In this document: piece by piece, positions 29,877-40,162 of the stretch
How positions within the stretch are numbered: position 1 is the stretch's first letter
How the letters are laid out: each line of letters opens with the position of its first letter
Assembly (NCBI GenBank): GCA_009777355.1
Contig: WRMA01000003.1
Coordinates: 1-54,492 of the forward strand
From: Oscillospiraceae bacterium
GTDB lineage: Bacteria > Bacillota > Clostridia > Oscillospirales > WRJC01
Direction of reading: 5' to 3'
Length of the DNA: 54,492 nt
Notes under the pieces: generated by a model
Database searches by the model: none
Told to the model about the DNA's origin: nothing
The model's input: the letters and a program-made list of their open reading frames with translations, nothing else
Made by a program: the position numbers and the translations under genes

Positions 29877-30408
29877 ACCCCAGTTTAAGAGCTTTTATAT
29901 TCATGTCAAGCAAGCGTTTTTTTGATTCGGGCAGACTTTTTTCGAGAGACGCCGCGAACTCGTCGAACGTGAAAATTCCGGTCGCCGAAATTAATTTGCC
30001 GAGCATTATAACATTCATCGGAACATTATGTTCATATGACAAATCAGTCGCTGGGATATAATATTTATTTATATCTTCTCTTTCGCTTTTTTCGCTCACG
30101 AGAGAACTGTTGCAGATTAAACAGCCGTCTTTTGCGATTGTTTTGTGAAACTTCAAATAAGACGGCAGATTCATGGCGATGAGAATATCCGGATTATCAG
30201 TCACCGGGGAGCCCATATCGCCGTCTGAAATTATAACCGTGCAGTTTGACGTTCCGCCGCGCATTTCCGCTCCGTACGACGGTATGCAGCTCACTTTTTT
30301 GTCCAGATACATTCCCGTAAGAGCGAGCTGTTTCCCTATGAACTGAACCCCCTGACCTCCAAACCCCGCCGCTATAATACTATATGTTTTAATTTTATTT
30401 TCAGGCAT
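29854..30408 (-). CDS. 2-oxoacid:ferredoxin oxidoreductase gamma subunit
   Basis: [21 protein letters not shown]. Confidence 0.9.
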   Translation of the reverse strand: MPENKIKTYSIIAAGFGGQGVQFIGKQLALTGMYLDKKVSCIPSYGAEMRGGTSNCTVIISDGDMGSPVTDNPDILIAMNLPSYLKFHKTIAKDGCLICNSSLVSEKSEREDINKYYIPATDLSYEHNVPMNVIMLGKLISATGIFTFDEFAASLEKSLPESKKRLLDMNIKALKLGFDYADSE

Positions 30409-31168
30409 TATTTTCCACCTCCGGTTTTTTATTTAATTCTATGTCTTTATAAACCCCAATCGGATAATACGGCATTAGATTCGTTCTCATCCATTCGAGC
30501 GATTCGACAGGAGATTTACCCCAGTTAGTCGGACAGTTAGATAATACTTCGACAATAGTAAAGCCTTTTTTCGCGATTTGATACTCGAACGCTTTTTTAA
30601 TCGCTTTTTTTGCGGCGCGTATATTTTTAACGCAGTCCGCCGAAACCCTTTCGGCGTAGGCCACGCCGTCGAGAGTAGAAAGCATTTCGCATACTCTTAT
30701 GGGCAGCCCCTGAATTTCGGCCTTTCTGCCGTAGGGCGACGTACTCGTGACTTGTCCGGGCATCGTCGTCGGAGCCATCTGACCTCCGGTCATGCCGTAA
30801 ATCGCGTTATTTATAAATATAACCGTGATATTCTCGCCTCTGGCGGCGGCGTGAACGGTTTCTGCCGTGCCTATAGCGGCGAGGTCTCCGTCTCCCTGAT
30901 AAGTGAACACGGCGTTTTCGGGATGAACTCTCTTAACTCCCGTCGCGACCGCCGGAGCTCTGCCGTGGGGCGACTGAATCATGTCGCAGTTAAAATAATT
31001 ATACGCGAAAACCGAACAGCCGACCGGCGCGATACCGACCGTTTTTCCTCTTATTTCAAGCTCGTCGAGAACCTCGGCGACCAGTCTGTGAACAACCCCG
31101 TGCATACAGCCGGAGCAGTAGTGAAACTCCCTGTCCGTCAGTGATTTTGGTCTGTCAAATACAACCAT
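30401..31168 (-). CDS. 2-oxoacid:ferredoxin oxidoreductase beta (TPP-binding) subunit, VOR-like
   Basis: YCSGCMHG, PVGCS, HGRAPAVATG, YQGDGD, NNAIYGMTGGQ, CPTNW. Confidence 0.92.
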   Translation of the reverse strand: MVVFDRPKSLTDREFHYCSGCMHGVVHRLVAEVLDELEIRGKTVGIAPVGCSVFAYNYFNCDMIQSPHGRAPAVATGVKRVHPENAVFTYQGDGDLAAIGTAETVHAAARGENITVIFINNAIYGMTGGQMAPTTMPGQVTSTSPYGRKAEIQGLPIRVCEMLSTLDGVAYAERVSADCVKNIRAAKKAIKKAFEYQIAKKGFTIVEVLSNCPTNWGKSPVESLEWMRTNLMPYYPIGVYKDIELNKKPEVENNA

Positions 31169-31296
31169 CTTTATTTATCTCCTATGTTTTAATTTTTAAA
31201 AATTATAATTATTTTAATTAATCCAGAAAATAAAATATATCTTCGGATTTAATATTTATTTCGGGGAATAATTCCGGAAATAAATTATCTATAATA

Positions 31297-32358
31297 CTAC
31301 TCCTCCAAAACTTTCGCCGCCGCGTTATATATCTCCTCGGGAGTCGTGATAATCCCGCCGGTACGTCCGAAGAAATCAACGGGTTTTTTACACCCCGCCG
31401 CGAGCCTGACGTCGTCTGTCATCTGTCCCATGTTTAACTCGCTGACTAAAAATCTCTTTGCGGTTTCCGCAATCTCCCCGAGCCTTCCGGACGGGAACGG
31501 CGAAAGGGTCACCGGTCTGAAATATCCCGCTTTTACGCCTTTGTCTTTAAGCATATTCACCGCGACTTTCGCTATTCTCGAGACGATTCCGTAAGACACT
31601 ATCACTATGTCCGCGTCTTCAGTATCAAATTCTTCGTATCTGACTTCTTTTTCGTCTATAATATTATATTTATTTTTATATCTCTCAAGCACGGCGGCTT
31701 CCAAATCTTTCGGGTCAAGATAGAGCGAGTTTATAATATTCGGCGGACGCTTGTCCGAGTGACCGGCCGCGGCCCATGTTTTTTCGGGCGGCTTATTAAT
31801 TTTTAATTTGCCGAAATCCACCGGTTCCATCATCTGACCCAGAGCGCCGTCCGTAAGTATCATGACCGGAGTCCTGTACAGGTCCGCCAAATCGAACGCG
31901 AGAACCGTATGCTCGGCTATTTCCTGAACTGAGTTGGGCGCGAGGACTATAAGCCTCATATCTCCGTGACCCATAGCCTTAGTCGCCTGATGATAATCCG
32001 ACTGCGCGGGCTGGATTCCTCCGAGTCCGGGACCTCCTCTCTGAACGTTCGCGATAACGCACGGCAAATCCGACCCGGCAATATATGATATCCCCTCCGT
32101 TTTAAGGCTGATTCCCGGGCTTGACGACGAGGTGAAAACCCTCGCTCCCGCCGCGGACGCTCCCAGAACCATATTTATTGCCGCGATTTCGCTTTCAGCC
32201 TGCAGGGAAAACCCGCCGGCCTGCGGCATTCTCGCCGCCATATATTCGGCAATCTCGTTCTGAGGCGTTATGGGGTAGCCGAAATAATACCGGCATCCGC
32301 ATTTTATCGCCGCCTCGCTCATTGCCTCGTTGCCTTTCATCAAAACCATTTCCGACAT
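31297..32358 (-). CDS. vorB: 2-oxoacid:ferredoxin oxidoreductase alpha subunit (3-methyl-2-oxobutanoate dehydrogenase VorB-like)
   Basis: KGNEA, GYPITPQ, QAESE, SSSPGISLK, RGGPGLG, ELNMGQ. Confidence 0.88.
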   Translation of the reverse strand: MSEMVLMKGNEAMSEAAIKCGCRYYFGYPITPQNEIAEYMAARMPQAGGFSLQAESEIAAINMVLGASAAGARVFTSSSSPGISLKTEGISYIAGSDLPCVIANVQRGGPGLGGIQPAQSDYHQATKAMGHGDMRLIVLAPNSVQEIAEHTVLAFDLADLYRTPVMILTDGALGQMMEPVDFGKLKINKPPEKTWAAAGHSDKRPPNIINSLYLDPKDLEAAVLERYKNKYNIIDEKEVRYEEFDTEDADIVIVSYGIVSRIAKVAVNMLKDKGVKAGYFRPVTLSPFPSGRLGEIAETAKRFLVSELNMGQMTDDVRLAAGCKKPVDFFGRTGGIITTPEEIYNAAAKVLEE

Positions 32359-32400
32359 TTACTTTTATCCTCCAAAAATCTTAAACTATTATTTTTATCG

Positions 32401-32443
32401 TTTTTCTTTTGTTACTTTTCTTTTTTCGTAAAAAGAAAAGTAA
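32401..32443. repeat. Family-C AT-rich palindrome
   Basis: Reverse complement of TTACTTTTCTTTTT-acga-AAAAAGAAAAGTAAC-AAAAGAAAAA, abutting the stop codon of the ferredoxin-subunit gene. Confidence 0.7.
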
Positions 32444-32650
32444 TTATTTATTAACCGTAATAACTATGTGCGGGCAGACGACCGCGCACATCGCGCAGGA
32501 TATGCAGGAGTCCGGGTCGGTTACTCCTACCGGGTGATAGCCTTTTTTGTTTATTTTGTTTTTGTCAGTCTCAAGAATTTTCTTCGGGCAGACTGTTATA
32601 CAGATTTCGCACGCTTTGCATTTTTCTTCGTCTATAACAATTTTTTTCAT
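32444..32650 (-). CDS. 2x[4Fe-4S] delta subunit of the oxidoreductase
   Basis: CKACEICITVCP and CISCAMCAVVCP. Confidence 0.92.
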   Translation of the reverse strand: MKKIVIDEEKCKACEICITVCPKKILETDKNKINKKGYHPVGVTDPDSCISCAMCAVVCPHIVITVNK

Positions 32651-32700
32651 AATAAATATTATTCCTTTCGTTTATTTTTTATATATTTTTTTATTTTTTA

Positions 32701-33417
32701 TCAAAACAATTTCTTCGTGTAATTTTTGATTCTGAATATATTATACTCCGGTCTGCCGGAAAAATCAAGAGTTTTATCGTCTGACATATAACTTGTTCCC
32801 AGCAGCGGGACTTTGAGCAGAGCGCTTGTCCCTTCTGCGTACCCTATAGAATCCAGAATCTCTTTTTTTGTCGTCATTACCCCGATATTGCTGTTGTTTA
32901 TAACGGAAGTTATTTTAAGATTAGATTTATATTCTATAGATTCCGCCAGAGCCGCGGCGCTTTTTGCTTCGCCCGTTAAATTCCTGTACTTGTTTATAAC
33001 GTAAATCGTCTCGACCGTTCTGCAGTCCTCGCGTTTTATATGCCCGGAGAGCATACCCAGAATCACCGCGCCGTTAGCGTCTCCCCCGACGTCTATTATC
33101 GTATGTCTTCCCACGCCCGTTCCCGAAAAAGCAGAGTAGACCTCCGGGGGAAGAGTCGAAATATCGACGTTTGTGTTCGCGAACTCCGGGGCTATAACGT
33201 CAATATCATATTCTTTCAGTTCTTTTATATTATCGGCGCTTCTGAAATACGGGTTTACCATGTCCAAATCAAAGAGAGTATAAGAAACCCCCGCAAATTT
33301 TTTTAACTTAACGGCAAGATTAAGCGCGATATTAGTTTTGCCCGCGCCGTAATGCCCGCAGATTATTATTATTTTCTTCTCCGACAAATAATTTATCAGA
33401 TTTTCTATATCTTTCAT
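32701..33417 (-). CDS. P-loop ATPase (MinD/CobQ-like) leading the VOR operon
   Basis: GHYGAGKT, DLDMVNPYFRS, DVGGD. Confidence 0.78.
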   Translation of the reverse strand: MKDIENLINYLSEKKIIIICGHYGAGKTNIALNLAVKLKKFAGVSYTLFDLDMVNPYFRSADNIKELKEYDIDVIAPEFANTNVDISTLPPEVYSAFSGTGVGRHTIIDVGGDANGAVILGMLSGHIKREDCRTVETIYVINKYRNLTGEAKSAAALAESIEYKSNLKITSVINNSNIGVMTTKKEILDSIGYAEGTSALLKVPLLGTSYMSDDKTLDFSGRPEYNIFRIKNYTKKLF

Positions 33418-33421
33418 GAAT

Positions 33422-34393
33422 CTATATCAACTCCAGCGATTTTAAAATTAAACTCCCCGCAAAAACGGTAAACGGACAAATTATTGTCGTGACCGCGACG
33501 ATTTGCCCCGCGAGTTCATAGTCGCTCCGCATATTCTTCGCCATTATATAGCTGCCGACCGCAGTCGGCGCGGCGAACAGAACAAATATAACGACGAGCG
33601 CGGCGTCCCGGAATCCCAGCAATACCGCGGGAACTACGAAAACCGCCGGACATACCGCAGTTTTAAGCAGAGACGCAACCAGCGACAGTTTTATCTTGCC
33701 TTTCAATACCTCGAACTCTACTCCCGCCCCGAGGCTTATAAGCGCGAGAGGCGCGGCGGTCCCCGCGACGTAACCTATGCTTTTCTGAATCGCAAACGGA
33801 AAGGATATTTTGAGAAGCATAAACGGCACGGCGAGAAACAACGCGATAATAAGCGGGTTTTTCACGATTCCCAAAATTATTCTTCTCACGGTTTCCCGTT
33901 TTTTTGAATTATGATTATCGTCCGAGTTTACAGCGAGTATAATAACCGCGAGAGCGTTGAACAGAGGCAGCGCGAACGGCAGAATAAGAGCGGCCGTCTT
34001 CAGACCCGAATCGCCGAATAAATTCCCCGCGAGAGGCACTCCCAGAAGCGCGAAGTTCGGACGGCATACCCCCTGTATGAACGCTCCCCTCGACGCCCTC
34101 TTCTTTATGAAAACGGGCGCGGTTAAAATCAAAATAAAAAAAGCAAGCAATAATCCCGACATACAGTAAATAACAAGATTTATATTAAATATATCCCCGA
34201 CCTCCGCGCCGTAAAGTTCGCTGAAAATATACGTGGGGAGAGCGACGTGAAAAACAAACTTATCTATTTCGCTGAAAAATTCTTTAGGGTTTTTAAACAG
34301 CCCCGTTTTTCGCTGTTTGAGGCAGAACCCCAGAATCATCATAATAACGAGGGGGAATACCGCGTTTACGCTGAAAATTATACTATCAAGCAA
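33422..34393 (-). CDS. AEC (auxin efflux carrier)-family transporter
   Basis: ~10 TM segments; FHVALP, NFALLGVP, KNPLII, APTAVGSYIMA. Confidence 0.85.
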   Translation of the reverse strand: MLDSIIFSVNAVFPLVIMMILGFCLKQRKTGLFKNPKEFFSEIDKFVFHVALPTYIFSELYGAEVGDIFNINLVIYCMSGLLLAFFILILTAPVFIKKRASRGAFIQGVCRPNFALLGVPLAGNLFGDSGLKTAALILPFALPLFNALAVIILAVNSDDNHNSKKRETVRRIILGIVKNPLIIALFLAVPFMLLKISFPFAIQKSIGYVAGTAAPLALISLGAGVEFEVLKGKIKLSLVASLLKTAVCPAVFVVPAVLLGFRDAALVVIFVLFAAPTAVGSYIMAKNMRSDYELAGQIVAVTTIICPFTVFAGSLILKSLELI

Positions 34394-34432
34394 AATTTAC
34401 GCTCCCTGATTTTATATATTTATTTATTATTT

Positions 34433-35782
34433 TTAATCCCTGTAGAAATCGCTTAGAAACTCCCCGGGTATATGCTGAAGAATCAAATTTTTTATATAAT
34501 CGTACGAGAACGCCGAATCGAACAGCGCGACGCCGTGTTCGGCGGCGAGCTCTCTCGTGTAGTCTTCGAAGCTGTAAACGCTGAAATCCAGCCGTCCGTT
34601 CTGGAATCTGTAAACCGGGAGATACAAACCCGTTCTTCCCTGCTGATATCTGTAGTGCGTAATAACCGGAATAATTTTCACGTTTTCTATTTCTGTCCCG
34701 GTATCCCCGTCTTTCACTATATCGAACTCGAGAAGTCCTCCGACCATGTTTTTCGCGCCCAGCATACCCGATATTAAATTACCCAGAGAGTATGTAACGA
34801 GGGTTTTTTTACCGTCGGAACGTTCGAGCCATACCGTTTCCTGAAGGACGTGGGGATGCATGCCTATTATTACGTCGACCCCGTTCGCGGCCATCATTTC
34901 GGCGAGATTCTTCTGCGTTTGGTTTGCGTTAAAAACGTCCTCGTCTCCCCAGTGCATAACGACGAACAGCAAATCCGCAAGAGGGCGGGCGGCTTTCACC
35001 TGCCGTTCGACCGTCGCGTAATCTATAAACGGCGCGACCATTTCGCTTTCTTCGGGCAGATACATACCGTTCGCGCCGTAAGTATAGGACAGAAAAGCGA
35101 TTGACACCCCGTCCTTTTCGTATATTCTCACGGTTTCGAAATCCTGTCTGTTCCTGAAGCCTCCGAGCTGGAGAACGGGTTGGGTATCCCAGAAATCAAG
35201 TTGATTTTCATAGCCCTTCTCCCATTTGTCAAGCATGTGATTATTCGCTATGCTCACTATATTGAACCCGGCTTCCACGAGAGCGAAGGCGTTTTCTTTC
35301 GGGGTATTGAACATGGGATAGCCCGAGTAGCCGAACTCGCTGCCGGCAATCGGGGTTTCGGCGTTGACAAGGGCGATATCGGCGGCTTTTATTATATGGG
35401 ATATATTTTTATAAATATCGCCGAAGTTAAAAATCTCGTCGTCTTTCGCTTTCGCCATAGCGTCGTCGAGCATGACCGCGTGGACGATATTATCTCCCGC
35501 GGCGATAAATTTCAGCCTTGTTTTCCCGTCCGAATCAATTATATTATTATCGCCGTTATTATTATTATTATTATCGCCGCCGTCCGTACCGTCCGCGGGG
35601 ATTGTGCCGTCGCGCGGGTTTTCTTCGGGTTGTCCGGACGACTGTTCAGGACGGTCTGACGCGGGGATAAAACCCGAAAAGTCCGGGGGAGTTCCGGAAA
35701 CGCCGCCGCAGCCAGTAAAACCGAACGCGGCGATAACGGCGGTTAAAATAAGAAACGCCGGAATTTTAATAAATTTACTCAT
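34433..35782 (-). CDS. CapA-family metallophosphoesterase lipoprotein
   Basis: Lipobox FTGC, AAGDNIVH, NAETP, IANNHMLD, MHWG, GMHPHVLQ, YSLGN. Confidence 0.88.
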   Translation of the reverse strand: MSKFIKIPAFLILTAVIAAFGFTGCGGVSGTPPDFSGFIPASDRPEQSSGQPEENPRDGTIPADGTDGGDNNNNNNGDNNIIDSDGKTRLKFIAAGDNIVHAVMLDDAMAKAKDDEIFNFGDIYKNISHIIKAADIALVNAETPIAGSEFGYSGYPMFNTPKENAFALVEAGFNIVSIANNHMLDKWEKGYENQLDFWDTQPVLQLGGFRNRQDFETVRIYEKDGVSIAFLSYTYGANGMYLPEESEMVAPFIDYATVERQVKAARPLADLLFVVMHWGDEDVFNANQTQKNLAEMMAANGVDVIIGMHPHVLQETVWLERSDGKKTLVTYSLGNLISGMLGAKNMVGGLLEFDIVKDGDTGTEIENVKIIPVITHYRYQQGRTGLYLPVYRFQNGRLDFSVYSFEDYTRELAAEHGVALFDSAFSYDYIKNLILQHIPGEFLSDFYRD

Positions 35783-35814
35783 AAAAATAACGCTCCAAAA
35801 TATATAATTATATT

Positions 35815-35843
35815 ATTATACAGCAAAATATTTTAATTGTCAA
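35815..35843 (-). promoter_or_regulatory. sigmaA promoter of the capA-like/AEC/vor/ispDF run
   Basis: TTGACA-17-TATAAT on the minus strand. Confidence 0.7.
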
Positions 35844-35857
35844 CTTAAATTTTTTGC

Positions 35858-36020
35858 TTGACAGATGCGAATAATTATGATATAATGGGGGTATAAATAC
35901 AAAGGGAGCGCTCTAACACTCCCGTTTGTACGCGTTGACCGCTTTAAAGGCGGCAGGCCTCGCGCCTGTTTATTTAATAAACGCCGCTAACCTTTGTTAG
36001 TGGGGCGACGTTTGTTCTTT
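35858..36020 (+). ncRNA. Putative small RNA cassette (type I antitoxin-like): promoter, hairpins, terminator-like end
   Basis: TTGACA-17-TATAAT (35858-35886), hairpin TACAAAGGGAG...CTCCCGTTTGTA, small hairpins, AATAAACG...CGTTTGTT stem; no sense ORF. Confidence 0.5.
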
Positions 36021-36187
36021 ATCGTTCTTATGATGTATTTCGCCGGTTCTATGAAATTTTTTTTATTATTTTTATTATTTGTATAAAAAGTTTCCAAAAA
36101 GTTAAAACGGATTTAATTAAATAGGTTTATTATGGTTTGTGAGTTAAATTATAGAATTTGTTAAAAATAATTCGGAGGTTTAAAATC

Positions 36188-37267
36188 ATGGACGCATATG
36201 AACCGTATAACCGGTATGAAAAATATTACCAGCCCGTTATTATTCTGGACTCTGAATTTAATATCGTATATAAAAACACCGCGGCGAAGCTCTTGAACAT
36301 GAAGCCCCGCGCGGGGGTGAACATAAAGAAATATACCGACTCTGAAAATATGAGAAAAATTAAAGACGCATTTGAAAATAACGACTATAAAATTTTACAG
36401 CTCGGCGAATCTTCGGCGATAAGACGCTGCGTCGCCCAGCCGGACGGTAAGAATTTCACCGCCCTGGTTTTTTACGATTCTTTGAATTTACTGCAGGACG
36501 GGGTCGAAGCGCTCGGAAAAATCGAAGAAATCGTCGTAAAATATAACGAATATAAAAAAAATCTCCCCGAATCGAAAGAGAACGGAGCTCTTTTTTACGA
36601 TAACGGCGGCGGCAGAAAAATGCTCAAAATCAACGAGCATTTCAGACGGCATGTTACAGCTCTTAACCCCCGTCTGCAAAACGCCGGGGATAATCCCGAT
36701 TACAAAAAATACTGCGAAGTCGATTTTTTTTTATCTAAATTTACGTCGAACGTCTCGCGTTATATAAATTCTTTCGGGTACAGAATAGAATTTAACGGAG
36801 ACAGCAAAATGTTTTTTTATAAATTGAACGAAGAAGATTTTCTGATTATCAATTTTATACTGGCCGCGGCGGCGCTGAAATATTCGGTTTTCAATAAAAT
36901 AAATATTGTTTTTATTACTGATTTTCTATCTGAAGCGTCGGGGATATTAAGATACGAGTTTAAGGCGGGCGGCGATTTTTTCAGAGACCGCGGCGATATG
37001 TTCTCCGCCGATTATATAAACGAAATCAAAAATATAGAATACATAGATTTTAACCTCGCCGCCCTCGCCGCGCGTAATAACGGCTTAAAACTGGATATCA
37101 GGTCGGCGGGTCCCGACGGAGACGGCATGGTGTATTTCGACGTGATTTTTCCCGCGAAACCCCTGGGCGTCAAATTTGAGCCAATAGAAGACTGTAACCC
37201 TGAAACGACGGACGAAAAAATATACGAGCTCGCAAAAACAGAGTTTTCCGGGCTGTTCGGGCAGTAA
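36188..37267 (+). CDS. Hypothetical protein: PAS-like N-terminus and degenerate histidine-kinase ATPase-like C-terminus
   Basis: QPVIILDSEFNIVYKNTAAKLL (PAS-like); AAAALKYS in an N-box-like position; ATG 36188 behind GGAGG. Confidence 0.5.
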   Translation: MDAYEPYNRYEKYYQPVIILDSEFNIVYKNTAAKLLNMKPRAGVNIKKYTDSENMRKIKDAFENNDYKILQLGESSAIRRCVAQPDGKNFTALVFYDSLNLLQDGVEALGKIEEIVVKYNEYKKNLPESKENGALFYDNGGGRKMLKINEHFRRHVTALNPRLQNAGDNPDYKKYCEVDFFLSKFTSNVSRYINSFGYRIEFNGDSKMFFYKLNEEDFLIINFILAAAALKYSVFNKINIVFITDFLSEASGILRYEFKAGGDFFRDRGDMFSADYINEIKNIEYIDFNLAALAARNNGLKLDIRSAGPDGDGMVYFDVIFPAKPLGVKFEPIEDCNPETTDEKIYELAKTEFSGLFGQ

Positions 37268-37345
37268 AATAATAAACCAAAATAAAAAAGAATATGTATA
37301 ATGTGTAAAAATTTAGAGTTATAATAAAAAAGATTCGAAAAGTTC

Positions 37346-37375
37346 TTGAAAAGCATGGGCGATATATGATAGAAT
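37346..37375 (+). promoter_or_regulatory. sigmaA-like promoter of gap
   Basis: TTGAAA-18-TAGAAT with extended TG. Confidence 0.45.
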
Positions 37376-37452
37376 AGTATTCGAGAGATTGACAAAATTT
37401 TAACGGACTGTTTATTTTATATTTAGTTTTATTATTTCAGGAGGGTTTTTAA

Positions 37453-38469
<1,017 letters not shown>

Positions 38470-38494
38470 GTTTATTTACAGACAAATAAAAACG

Positions 38495-38533
38495 CAGGGA
38501 GGACTGATTTTGAAGTTAGTTCTCCCTGATTTT
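38495..38533. terminator. Probable bidirectional terminator between gap and the amidohydrolase gene
   Basis: CAGGGAGGACTGATTT-tg-AAGTTAGTTCTCCCTG hairpin with A run before and T run after. Confidence 0.65.
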
Positions 38534-39737
38534 AAAACTGCGCAAATTTCTCCCCGTTTAGAATAATTGCGTCGATATCTGTAAGAATCTCCAGAGGATT
38601 CCCGTTATACAAAACCAAGTCGGCTCTCCTGCCTTTTTCGATTGAACCGAGTATGTCATCTATTCCCAGTATAATCGCGGGATTTATAGTGATTGCTTTC
38701 AGCGCTTCGTAAATACCGAGTCCGCCTTTTACGGCGAGAGCCGCGCAGTACGGCAGATACTGCAGGGGAGTCTCCGGGTGGTCGGTCGTTATCGCGAACA
38801 ACACGCCCGCGTCCGATAAAACTTTCGCGTTGCTTAACTCGAGGTTTTTCAGCTCCGGCTTCGACCTGTCGCATATTACCGGACCTATTATTGCTCTCGC
38901 TTTTTCTCCGGCCAGTTCTCCGGCAATTAAATGCCCGTCCGTACAGTGCACTATAACGTAATCTATGTCAAATTCCCTGCATAGCCTAACCGCCGTGAAT
39001 ATATCGTCCGCCCTGTGGGCGTGGATATGCGCGGCGATTTCTTTATCCGTCACCGGGAGCAGCGCCTCGAGCTTTATATCATATTCCGGCTCGTCGTTAT
39101 TATTGTCTTCCTCAAAAGCTTTTTTCTTCTCTCCGTATTTCTTCGCCTTATATAAATTCTCCCGGATTATCGCCGCCGTCGCCATTCTCGTTTCGGGAGT
39201 CTGGTTTTTTTCGCCGTAGCATATTTTCGGGTTCTCCCCCAGAGCGAACTTAACGCATACCGGTTCTTTTATAATTATATCTTCTATTCTGTTTATTTTA
39301 TTGTCTTTATTTTTTAAATTATAGGTTTTGATTACGGCAAACTGACCGCTAATCGGGTTCGCGCTTCCCGGACCGGACGCAACGCAGACGATACCCGCGG
39401 ACAAAGCCTCGGAAAAAGCCCGGTCCGCCGGGTTTATCGCGTCGACCGACCTCAAATGCGGCGCGCACGGGTCCGTGATTTCGTTTACGTCGTCCCCCTC
39501 GCTTCTCAAACCGTCCTCGTACATTCCCAGATGGGTGTGCGCGTCGATAAATCCCGGCAGAAGCCATTTCCCCCCCGCGTCGATTATATCCGCATTATCT
39601 ATATTCTCCCGGCTTGTATCATAATCTTTCATATCGCCGGTTTCGCCGATTATATTGCCGGAAATCCTAACGTAGCCGTTTTCGATTATCCCGGCTTCTC
39701 CCATAGTATATATTCTCGCGTTTTTTATTATCATCAT
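38532..39737 (-). CDS. Metal-dependent amidohydrolase (imidazolonepropionase-like)
   Basis: PGFIDAHTHLG, KFALGENPK, HAHRADD, VHCTDG, TTDHP, GSIEKGRRADLV. Confidence 0.9.
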   Translation of the reverse strand: MMIIKNARIYTMGEAGIIENGYVRISGNIIGETGDMKDYDTSRENIDNADIIDAGGKWLLPGFIDAHTHLGMYEDGLRSEGDDVNEITDPCAPHLRSVDAINPADRAFSEALSAGIVCVASGPGSANPISGQFAVIKTYNLKNKDNKINRIEDIIIKEPVCVKFALGENPKICYGEKNQTPETRMATAAIIRENLYKAKKYGEKKKAFEEDNNNDEPEYDIKLEALLPVTDKEIAAHIHAHRADDIFTAVRLCREFDIDYVIVHCTDGHLIAGELAGEKARAIIGPVICDRSKPELKNLELSNAKVLSDAGVLFAITTDHPETPLQYLPYCAALAVKGGLGIYEALKAITINPAIILGIDDILGSIEKGRRADLVLYNGNPLEILTDIDAIILNGEKFAQF

Positions 39738-39749
39738 AAATTTATAAAA

Positions 39750-40106
39750 TTATTTTAAATAAAATATAACCTCTTCCTGTTTTCTGTAGCCTCTGTCTCT
39801 CGCGATTCTTTCCGCGACCTCGTCGTCTTCGAAATCTTCGTTTACCTGCTGTTCGAGATAATCGTTCCGTATTCTTTTGTGATTATATTCGTTCCGTAAA
39901 TTATCGATTATTTCGTTTTGTTCCAGCGCTTTGCTTAAATTGTCGCTGAACCCGACGTATATAACGCATAGAGTCACGCATATGCAGAACGCCGCCAATA
40001 TGCCGAACCTTTTCCGTTTCCTTATTTCTCTCTCTTTCTCCGCATTATCTATGTTTGTTTTCTTTCCCGTATTTTTCGTTTTATTGATTTTCTTAACGCC
40101 GTTCAT
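39750..40106 (-). CDS. divIC: Septum formation initiator (DivIC/FtsB-like)
   Basis: Basic N-terminus, single TM, coiled coil, ERIARDRGY...EEVIF; follows yabP-yabQ. Confidence 0.7.
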   Translation of the reverse strand: MNGVKKINKTKNTGKKTNIDNAEKEREIRKRKRFGILAAFCICVTLCVIYVGFSDNLSKALEQNEIIDNLRNEYNHKRIRNDYLEQQVNEDFEDDEVAERIARDRGYRKQEEVIFYLK

Positions 40107-40162
40107 GATTGTTTACCCGTCCTTTCCGCGTTATTTGCAGTTGTTTGCGCAGTTCTGATATT

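Noticed and set aside
31169-31296. AT-rich hairpins between oxidoreductase alpha and beta genes as an sRNA or mobile repeat
   Set aside because: Single copy, no promoter or TIR/TSD; at most an mRNA-stabilising stem.
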